Origin: Acidimicrobiia bacterium
GTDB taxonomy: Bacteria > Actinomycetota > Acidimicrobiia > Spongiisociales > JAOTWH01
Direction: 5' to 3'
DNA: 32,765 bases
Assembly: GCA_041619955.1 (NCBI GenBank)
Contig: JBFKDA010000002.1
Location: 1 to 32,765 of the forward strand
Shown: positions 1 to 7,775 of the stretch, piece after piece
How the letters are laid out: every line of letters begins with the position of its first letter
How positions within the stretch are numbered: the stretch's first letter is position 1
Translations under genes and position numbers: made by a program
Notes under the pieces: model-generated
Databases searched by the model: none
Told to the model about the DNA's origin: nothing
What the model saw: the letters and a program-made list of their open reading frames with translations, nothing else

Positions 1-693
1 CCCGCCGGCCGCCTCCGTGGTGATCGCGAAGGCGGCGACGTCGCCGGCCACCCGGAACGGCGCGACCGCGGCCTCGGGGCCGAGCACCGCGGCGGAGATG
101 ACCTGGTCGCCGACGACCGCCCACAGCTGGTAGGTGCGGCCGGCCGGCAGGGCGGGCAGCGAGTGGTCGACGTATCCCACGCCATCGGGGAGGAGGGTGA
201 CTGCGGCGGCGACGGCCCCCGGCGCGGCCGGGTCGGACAGCGGCAGCACCTCGGCGCCCGGAGCGGTGGCCGCCGCGGCTGCCAGGTCGGCGAGGGACGG
301 GTCATCGGGCCACAGCACCGCGGCACCGAACAACGCCACCGCCACGATCACGGCCGCGGCGGCCAGCCCGCCGACCCAGGAGGTCACCCGGGGTGCCCGC
401 CGTGCTGCAGTGGCCGGCATCAGCCGCAGCGGCGGCGGAGCGGGGGCCAGGCCGGCGGTGATCGAGGACCACAGCCCGGCGGGTGGCGCCGGCTCCTCGG
501 CTACGGCTGCGCCCAGGACGGCCAGCGTCTGGCGGTGCTGCTGTACCTCCGCCCGGGCGGCCGGGTCGCCGTCGAGGTGCGCGGCGATCTGGTGTGCCTC
601 CCACGGTTCGACCGCGTCCAGCGCGTAGGCGCCGAGGAGGTCGGCCAGCTCGTCCGGGGTGAGCTCGTCCGGGGTGAGGTTGTTGCGGCTCAC
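1..693 (-). CDS. Anti-sigma factor, RskA-like (anti-sigma-K family); last ~10-15 codons lie beyond the window start
   Basis: Absent from the ORF track because it runs off the edge. My minus-strand translation from GTG 693 reads VSRNNLTPDELTPDELADLLGAYALDAVEPWEAHQIAAHLDGDPAARAEVQQHRQTLAVLG. It continues with one TM helix (AAAVIVAVALFGAAVLW) and an outer domain with GRTYQLWAVVGDQVISAAVLG...FAITTEAAGG, as in RskA C-terminal domains. There are no in-frame stops. GTGA start/stop overlap with the sigma gene. Confidence 0.8.
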   Translation of the reverse strand, partial: MSRNNLTPDELTPDELADLLGAYALDAVEPWEAHQIAAHLDGDPAARAEVQQHRQTLAVLGAAVAEEPAPPAGLWSSITAGLAPAPPPLRLMPATAARRAPRVTSWVGGLAAAAVIVAVALFGAAVLWPDDPSLADLAAAAATAPGAEVLPLSDPAAPGAVAAAVTLLPDGVGYVDHSLPALPAGRTYQLWAVVGDQVISAAVLGPEAAVAPFRVAGDVAAFAITTEAAGG

Positions 694-1268
694 GTGCTGG
701 TCACCCCCGCGGCAGCCAGCTCGATGCGCAGCCGGCGGAGACCGGTGCGGATGCGGCTCTTCACCGTGCCCTCCGGTTGGTCGAGGGAGGCGGCGACCTG
801 GCGGTAGCTCTGGCCCCCGAAGTACGCCAGCTCGATCACCTGGCGCTCGTCGTCCTTGAGCTTGCCCAGTGCGGCGCGGACCTGCTCCGAAGCGAGCTGC
901 GACCACACCTGCTGCTCGAGGTCAATGGGCGCGGCGGCGGGGAGCAGCCGGGCGTCGCGCGCCTCGCGGTTGCGTCGGGCGTCTTCGGCGCGGATCAGGT
1001 CGACCGACCGGCCGTGCGAGTCGGCCATCAGGAAGGCGCGGAGCGACCCCCGGTCGGGGTCGAAGCGCTCGGGGCGGTCCCAGAGTCGCGTGAACACCTC
1101 CTGCGTCACCTCCTCGGCGAGTGCTTGGTTGCGGAGCAACCGGCGCGCCAGCCCGTACACCGCGCCACCGTGGCGGCGGTAGGCCTCGGCGAGCGCGTCC
1201 TCGCGATAGCGGCCGATCGCCACCATCAGGGCGGCGTCGCCGGTCTCCTGCAGCTCGGGTCCTGGCAT
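690..1268 (-). CDS. ECF (sigma-70 family) RNA polymerase sigma factor, SigK-like by context
   Basis: ORF track 690..1373(-). Region 2 (AEAYRRHGGAVYGLARRLLRNQALAEEVTQEVFTRLWDRPERFDP) and region 4 (DERQVIELAYFGGQSYRQVAASLDQPEGTVKSRIRTGLRRL) are recognisable. Start set at ATG 1268 (MPGPELQETGDAAL...), with ATG 1325 as the alternative. Coupled to the downstream anti-sigma gene. Confidence 0.85.
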   Translation of the reverse strand: MPGPELQETGDAALMVAIGRYREDALAEAYRRHGGAVYGLARRLLRNQALAEEVTQEVFTRLWDRPERFDPDRGSLRAFLMADSHGRSVDLIRAEDARRNREARDARLLPAAAPIDLEQQVWSQLASEQVRAALGKLKDDERQVIELAYFGGQSYRQVAASLDQPEGTVKSRIRTGLRRLRIELAAAGVTST

Positions 1269-1280
1269 CGGACGATGAAG

Positions 1281-1307
1281 ATACGACACGCGCCGTCGTC
1301 CGGATGA
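1281..1307 (-). promoter_or_regulatory. Candidate ECF-type promoter for the sigma/anti-sigma operon (TCATCC-N15-TCGTAT)
   Basis: Read on the minus strand: TCATCC (1307..1302), 15-nt spacer, TCGTAT (1286..1281), ending 12 nt before ATG 1268. It shares its -35 hexamer with the opposite-strand candidate at 1322-1348. Confidence 0.3.
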
Positions 1308-1321
1308 ATCCGCGACTTGGG

Positions 1322-1348
1322 TCATCCGCCGTCCGGGTCGCTCCGAAT
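1322..1348 (+). promoter_or_regulatory. Candidate ECF (SigK-type) promoter for the DUF4397-sortase genes (TCATCC-N15-CCGAAT)
   Basis: TCATCC at 1322-1327, 15-nt spacer, CCGAAT at 1343-1348, about 50 nt upstream of ATG 1398. From memory, mycobacterial SigK promoters are of the CCATCC...CCGAAT type. An AT-richer stretch follows (aataattagtgctaaacaac). Confidence 0.4.
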
Positions 1349-1397
1349 AATTAGTGCTAAACAACAGCACCATTCGACTTCGGAAGGAGCATCCCCC

Positions 1398-2207
1398 ATG
1401 CGCAGACTGACCACCATCGCCGCGGCGACCGCCGCCCTACTGGTCGCGATGAGCGGCTTCGCGGGCGCCCAGACCAGCGGCGCCCAGGTGAGCGTCGTCC
1501 ACGGTGTCCCCGGGCTCACCGTCGACGTGTACGTCAACGGCGAGCTGACCCTCGAAGGCTTCGACACCGGCGACGTGGCCGGGCCGCTCGATCTGCCAGC
1601 CGGCAGCTACGACCTGGCCGTCACCGCGGCCGGGGACTCGGTGGACAACGCCGTGCTCACCGCCACCGCCGACGTCACCGACGGCCTCAACGCCTCCGTC
1701 GTGGCGCACCTGCAGGAGGACGGCACGCCGACGCTGACCGTGTTCGTCAACGACACGTCGTCGATCGGCCCGGGCAACGGTCGGCTGACCGCTCGCCACA
1801 CCGCTGCGGCGCCCACCGTCGACATCCTGCTCGCCGACGGCACCCCGGTGGCGGAGAACCTGACCAACCCCAACGAGGCGATCGCGAACGTGCTGGCCAC
1901 CACCTACACGGCCGGCATCGCGCCCGCCGGCGCCGGCGTCGACGGCTTCGTGGCGGGACCGCTGGAACTCGAGGTCCCTGAGGGCACCAACCGCATCGTC
2001 TATGCGATCGGCAGCCTCGACGACGGCTCGTTCGACCTCGTCATCCAGGACGTCTCCGGGCTCGGGAGCGCCCCTGCCGCAGTGCCGAGCGGCTCCGGTG
2101 ACCTCGCCGCCGGCGGGATCAACCTGTGGCTCGTCGTGGTGGCTGCCGCTGCGGCGCTGGTGTTCGCCGGATCGGCCCGGGTTGCATTCGCACGCAACCG
2201 GCGCTGA
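1398..2207 (+). CDS. Secreted DUF4397-like protein with C-terminal TM anchor and basic tail
   Basis: ORF track 1317..2207(+). Start moved to ATG 1398, preceded by GGAAGGAG (1382-1389). Signal peptide MRRLTTIAAATAALLVAMSGFAGAQT. Two beta-rich repeats (VVHGVPGLTVDVYVNG..., ARHTAAAPTVDILLADG...) typical of DUF4397. C-terminus ...AVPSGSGDLAAGGINLWLVVVAAAAALVFAGSARVAFARNRR. Confidence 0.75.
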   Translation: MRRLTTIAAATAALLVAMSGFAGAQTSGAQVSVVHGVPGLTVDVYVNGELTLEGFDTGDVAGPLDLPAGSYDLAVTAAGDSVDNAVLTATADVTDGLNASVVAHLQEDGTPTLTVFVNDTSSIGPGNGRLTARHTAAAPTVDILLADGTPVAENLTNPNEAIANVLATTYTAGIAPAGAGVDGFVAGPLELEVPEGTNRIVYAIGSLDDGSFDLVIQDVSGLGSAPAAVPSGSGDLAAGGINLWLVVVAAAAALVFAGSARVAFARNRR

Positions 2208-2226
2208 CCAGCCGGCTCTGACGCGT

Positions 2227-2250
2227 AGGGTGGCGCGCATGCGCCACCCT
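2227..2250 (+). promoter_or_regulatory. GC-rich stem-loop (10-bp perfect stem, 4-nt loop) enclosing the sortase start codon; possible attenuator or terminator
   Basis: AGGGTGGCGC gcat GCGCCACCCT; positions 2227-2236 pair perfectly with 2241-2250. ATG 2239-2241 spans the loop and the first stem base, and alternative GTG 2230 lies in the stem. It starts 20 nt after the DUF4397 stop (2205-2207). No U-tract follows. Confidence 0.45.
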
Positions 2251-2997
2251 CGCGTCGCGCGCGCCGCCACCGTCGCCAGTGCCGCCGTGCTGGCGCTGGC
2301 GCTGGGGGCGCTGGCCGCCGGTTCAGGCGACCGCCAGGGGATCTCAGACCGCGTCGTCGAAGCTTTCGGGCCGGCACCGACCATGGCGTCTCCGGTCGGA
2401 CCGGCTGGAGCTCTGGCACCGCCTCAAGGCGACGAGCTCGGCTTGCCGACCATCCCCGAGGCGGCTGCCGGCCCGTCCCGTGTGACGGTGCAGCCGGGCC
2501 TGATCGGCGAGCTGCCCGACCAGGCCGCCGCGGCGCCGGTGCGACTCGTCGTCGACGGCATCGGCGTCGACGCGGCAGTGGCGAGCGTCGGGTACGACAC
2601 CCGGCGCGCCGAGATGGAGGTGCCGGCTGCCGCCGACCTCGTCGGCTGGTACCGGTTCGGGGCGACGCCGGGAGAGGCGGGGTCGGCGGTGCTCGCCGCC
2701 CACGTCGACTTCAACGGCCGGGCCGGCGCGTTCTTCCGCCTCCACGAGCTGGAGCAGGGCGCCCGGTTGACCGTGGTGCTCGACGACGGGTCGCGGCAGC
2801 GCTGGGAGGTGGTCGCCCGGCGCCAGTACGGCAAGGAGCTGCTGCCCACCGACGCGATCTTCGACCGCGGCGGCGAGCCGCGGCTGGCGCTGGTCACGTG
2901 CGGCGGTCCTTTCGACGGGCGCCGCTACGAGGACAACGTCGTCGTGTTCGCCCGCCCGGTGGGGGCGCCGGCGGCCGGCACCGACGATCCAACCTGA
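2239..2997 (+). CDS. Sortase family transpeptidase, class F-like
   Basis: ORF track 2002..2997(+). Start moved to ATG 2239 (alternative GTG 2230). N-terminal membrane anchor (AATVASAAVLALALGALAAG). Catalytic His (VLAAHVDFNG), Cys (RLALVTCGGPF) and Arg (RRYEDNVVVFA) occur in sortase order. Confidence 0.8.
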   Translation: MRHPRVARAATVASAAVLALALGALAAGSGDRQGISDRVVEAFGPAPTMASPVGPAGALAPPQGDELGLPTIPEAAAGPSRVTVQPGLIGELPDQAAAAPVRLVVDGIGVDAAVASVGYDTRRAEMEVPAAADLVGWYRFGATPGEAGSAVLAAHVDFNGRAGAFFRLHELEQGARLTVVLDDGSRQRWEVVARRQYGKELLPTDAIFDRGGEPRLALVTCGGPFDGRRYEDNVVVFARPVGAPAAGTDDPT

Positions 2998-3012
2998 CCG
3001 GGCCGAGTGCAG

Positions 3013-4995
3013 CTAGCCGGCGAAGCGGGCCAGGGCTGCGGTGAGGTCGGCCTGGGTCACCTCGATCGCCGACGGATCACGCCGCAGCGCGTTGAGTGCG
3101 GCCTCCCGCATCGCTCCGGTCAGGTCGGCGAAGCTCAGGCCGGCGGTGGCGGCTGCGAGCTGGTCGAGGTCGACGTCCGCGCCGAACGGCGTGTCCACGA
3201 TGCCGAGCAGCGCTCTTCGGGCCTCGAGGCCGGGCAGGCCCAGCTCGATGTGCACCTCGAAGCGGCCGGCACGCAGCAGCGCCGGGTCGATGAGGTCGCG
3301 GCGGTTCGTGGCACCGATGATCACCACGTCGCCGCGCTCGCCGACGCCGTCCATCTCGGTGAGCAGCGCGGCCACCACCGAGTCGGTCACCGAGGTCGTC
3401 GAGCGGCCTCGCACCGGGGCGAGCGCGTCGATCTCGTCGAAGAACAGGATCGCCGGCGCGGCGGCCCGGGCCCGGGCGAACACCTCGCGCACTCCCCGCT
3501 CCGACTCCCCGACGAACTTGTCGAGCAGCTCGGCGCCCTTCACGGCGAAGAACGCCGCCCCGGACTCGTGCGCCAGCGCCCGGATGACGTAGGTCTTGCC
3601 GGTGCCGGGCGGCCCGTACAGCAGCAGGCCCCGGGGCGGGTCGATGCCGAGGCGGGCGAAGCGGCCGGGGTCGGTCATCGGCCAGATCACCGCCTCGGTG
3701 AGGCGTTGCTTGACGTCGGCGAGGTTGGCGACCCGTTCGAATCCGTAGCTCGGCACCTCGCCGAGCTGCACCGTGCCGAGCGACGGCGCGGTCTCCTCGA
3801 TGGCGCGCGCCACGATCTGCTCGGTCACGTTGCCGCCGGTGTGGGCGACCAGCGCCGACGCGTGGACGACCGCCGCGAGCACGTCGGCGCCCGAGAAGCC
3901 GGCGGTGCGGGCGGCGAGGCGCTCGTAGTCGAGGTCGTCGGCCGGGACCCGGGCCAGCGCCGCCTGGAACAGCAGCTTGCGGCGCTGCGCGTCGGGCGGG
4001 GGGATCGACAGGTGCCGGGGCAGCAGCGGCGAGGACGTCACCGAGCGGTCGAGCGCGCCCAGCGACGAGACGGCCAGCACGCACGCCAGGCGGGGCCGCT
4101 CGGCCACGGCGTCGAGGAACCATCGCAGGATCGCGGCGACCTGGCTGCGGAACATGGCGTCCTCGCCCGCCACCGCCTCCAGCCGGTCGACGAACACCAC
4201 GCCGGGGGTGGGCGTGGTCTTCACCGCCGCCTCCAGCACGTCGATGAGTCGCTGCGGCTTGAAGACCAGGTCCAGCGACACCTCCTTGACCGCGGCGCCC
4301 GCGCCGGCTGCGGCGGCCGCCACCAGCTCCGACTTGCCGACGCCGGCCGGCCCTTCGAGCAGCACCCCGGCCACCGCCGGCAGCCCCCACGCCTGCGGCA
4401 GGTCGCGGGGCGACGTGAGCAGCGACAGCCACCCGGTGAGCGTCTCGCGCTCGGTGTCGAGGCCGGCGAGCAGCGCGTCGGCAGTGGAGGGCGCTTTGCG
4501 GCGCCCCGGCGTGGCCGGTCGCCCGGCGGCGGGGGCGGCCCGGTCGCCGCGGGCGGCGACCAGCGTGGCGCTGCCCACGAGGCCGGCCGGGCCGGGCTCC
4601 ACCGACTCGATGCGCAGCCGGACGTGGCGGTCGTCGCCGCCGACGTACGCGGCGTCGAACTCCACCTCGTCGCCGGGGGTGGCCGCCCGCCCCTGCAGCG
4701 AGCGGGCCAGCGCCTGCGGTTCGGCGGGCAACTCGTCGACGGCGAGCACCACCCGGTAGGCCTGCGGGAGCATCGCCCGCTTCGCCTCGACGACGTCGCC
4801 GTCCTTCACCCCGGCATTCGACATCGACAGCGGCCCCAGCAGCAGCGCCGTCGGGCGCGGCACGTCGCCGGGGTGGACGACCAGGTGGGAGCGCCCCACC
4901 CGCAGCGTCCCACCGCCGGGCAGGCCCATGGCGGCCAGCAGCGTCGGGTCGGCGCGCCCGAACGGGTCGTTGCCGGTGCGGATGGTGAAGCGCAT
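3013..4995 (-). CDS. CDC48/VCP-like AAA+ ATPase with N-domain and two AAA modules
   Basis: ORF track 3013..4995(-), 660 aa. D1 has Walker A GPAGVGKS but Walker B VVFVDR, with no catalytic Glu. D2 is canonical: Walker A GPPGTGKT, Walker B ILFFDEIDAL, second region of homology VVIIGATNRRDLIDPALLRAGRFEVHIELGLP. N-terminal CDC48-N-like segment (MRFTIRTGNDPFG...GGTLRVGRSHLVVHPG). Confidence 0.9.
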   Translation of the reverse strand: MRFTIRTGNDPFGRADPTLLAAMGLPGGGTLRVGRSHLVVHPGDVPRPTALLLGPLSMSNAGVKDGDVVEAKRAMLPQAYRVVLAVDELPAEPQALARSLQGRAATPGDEVEFDAAYVGGDDRHVRLRIESVEPGPAGLVGSATLVAARGDRAAPAAGRPATPGRRKAPSTADALLAGLDTERETLTGWLSLLTSPRDLPQAWGLPAVAGVLLEGPAGVGKSELVAAAAAGAGAAVKEVSLDLVFKPQRLIDVLEAAVKTTPTPGVVFVDRLEAVAGEDAMFRSQVAAILRWFLDAVAERPRLACVLAVSSLGALDRSVTSSPLLPRHLSIPPPDAQRRKLLFQAALARVPADDLDYERLAARTAGFSGADVLAAVVHASALVAHTGGNVTEQIVARAIEETAPSLGTVQLGEVPSYGFERVANLADVKQRLTEAVIWPMTDPGRFARLGIDPPRGLLLYGPPGTGKTYVIRALAHESGAAFFAVKGAELLDKFVGESERGVREVFARARAAAPAILFFDEIDALAPVRGRSTTSVTDSVVAALLTEMDGVGERGDVVIIGATNRRDLIDPALLRAGRFEVHIELGLPGLEARRALLGIVDTPFGADVDLDQLAAATAGLSFADLTGAMREAALNALRRDPSAIEVTQADLTAALARFAG

Positions 4996-5005
4996 GGACC
5001 GCGAG

Positions 5006-5039
5006 GCTACTGCGCAGCTACTGGGCAGCTACTGGGCAG

Positions 5040-5049
<10 letters not shown>
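5006..5049. repeat. 11-bp tandem repeat x4 (GCTACTG[C/G]GC[A/G]) spanning the exonuclease stop codon and the gap before the AAA+ gene
   Basis: Units at 5006-5016 gctactgcgca, 5017-5027 gctactgggca, 5028-5038 gctactgggca and 5039-5049 gctactgggcg. On the minus strand each unit carries TAG. With an 11-nt period the TAGs fall in all three frames. Confidence 0.9.
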
Positions 5050-6686
<1,637 letters not shown>

Positions 6687-6689
6687 AGC

Positions 6690-6703
6690 CGAACAGGTGT
6701 TCG
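6690..6703. promoter_or_regulatory. LexA SOS (Cheo) box 2, CGAACAGGTGTTCG
   Basis: Perfect match to CGAAC-N4-GTTCG, centred 22 bp from box 1, immediately upstream of ATG 6686. A TATGGT (-10-like) on the minus strand (6687..6682) sits between the two boxes. Confidence 0.75.
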
Positions 6704-6761
6704 CGCGACGGCATGTGCAGCCCGCCCACCGCCTGCTCGGCCGGGCGTAGCATCGGCGCCC

Positions 6762-6965
6762 ATGGAAGTCGAGGCGTATCGCTGCGAGCACTGTGGCAAC
6801 AAGACGCGGTTCGACGTGTTCGAGACGGTGCGGCGGCGACGGTATGCCCATTTCACGCTCGCCGGTGAGCCGGCTCCCGACGACGGAGGTCCGGCGGAGG
6901 AGGTGCTCGAGCGGATGGTGGAGCGGGTGGTGTGCCGCTACTGCCAGCGGGAGCTGGCGAACTGA
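6762..6965 (+). CDS. Small zinc-ribbon protein (CxxC...CxxC), function unknown
   Basis: ORF track 6675..6965(+). Start moved to ATG 6762: MEVEAYRCEHCGNKTRFDVFETVRRRRYAHFTLAG...VVCRYCQRELAN. Divergent from the exonuclease gene. Confidence 0.6.
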   Translation: MEVEAYRCEHCGNKTRFDVFETVRRRRYAHFTLAGEPAPDDGGPAEEVLERMVERVVCRYCQRELAN

Positions 6966-6974
6966 CCGGCGGGA

Positions 6975-7775
6975 TCAGCCCGCCCGGCGCTGGCGCACCG
7001 CCTCGAAGAGCAGCAGGCCGGCGGCGACCGAGGCGTTGAGGCTGGCGAACGGGCCGGGGGTGGGGATGACGACGGTGCGGGCCGGGTCGCCCAGCCAGCT
7101 CGCCGACAGCCCTCCCTCCTCGCCGCCGACCACGAGCGCGCACGGCCCGGTCAGGTCGGCGTCCCAGTAGGGCCGCTCGGCGCGCTCGGTGGAGGCGTGC
7201 CAGGCGATGCCGTGCTCGTCGAGCCAGGCCTGCACGGCGGCGGTGGTGCCGACGGCCAGCGGCACCATGAACACCGCCCCGAGCGAGGCCCGCACCGCGT
7301 TCGGGTTGTACACGTCGGTGACCGGGTCGCACACCAGCACGGCGTCGGCGCCGGCCGCAGTGGCGGTCCGCACGATCGCGCCCACGTTGCCCGGCTTCTC
7401 CAAGCCCTCCAGCACGAGGAGCAGGCCGGCCGGGGGCGGGGCGAGCCGCGCCAGGTCGAGGGGGAATGCCTCGGCGAGGGCGATCACGCCCGCGGAGTCG
7501 GCCCGGTACGACGCCTTGGCGAACGCCGGCGGCGCCACCTCGACGATCTCGGCACCGGACGCCTGCGCTCGCTGGGGCAGGTCGGGTCGGATGCCGGGCC
7601 CCGGGCAGACGTACAGCACGCCGATCGTCACGCCGCCGGCGAGAGCGCGGTCGACCTCGCGCTCGCCCTCCACCACGAACCGTTGCGCGTCGTCACGAGC
7701 CCGGCGGCTGGTGCGGAGACGGACGAGGGCCTTGATCTCCGGGTTGGCCGGCGAGGTGATCGTGCGGCTCACCAT
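6975..7775 (-). CDS. TrmH/SpoU family RNA 2'-O-methyltransferase
   Basis: ORF track 6975..8015(-). Start moved to ATG 7775 (MVSRTITSPANPEIKALVRL...). SpoU motifs LEGLEKPGNVGAIVRTATAAGADAVLV, ALVVGGEEGGLS and IPTPGPFASLNASVAAGLLLFE. The upstream 80 codons are Arg/Gly shadow of the Gly-rich tail of the preceding gene. Confidence 0.9.
   Translation of the reverse strand: MVSRTITSPANPEIKALVRLRTSRRARDDAQRFVVEGEREVDRALAGGVTIGVLYVCPGPGIRPDLPQRAQASGAEIVEVAPPAFAKASYRADSAGVIALAEAFPLDLARLAPPPAGLLLVLEGLEKPGNVGAIVRTATAAGADAVLVCDPVTDVYNPNAVRASLGAVFMVPLAVGTTAAVQAWLDEHGIAWHASTERAERPYWDADLTGPCALVVGGEEGGLSASWLGDPARTVVIPTPGPFASLNASVAAGLLLFEAVRQRRAG

Noticed and set aside
6687-6851. Long N-terminal extensions of several ORFs: exonuclease to 6851, TrmH to 8015, ROK kinase to 19752, hutF to 28230, crcB to 29162, sortase from 2002
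   Set aside because: The extensions overlap upstream genes, promoters or the riboswitch, and are Arg/Pro-rich. They precede start codons that give 4-nt coupling overlaps or canonical N-termini, so shorter starts were chosen.
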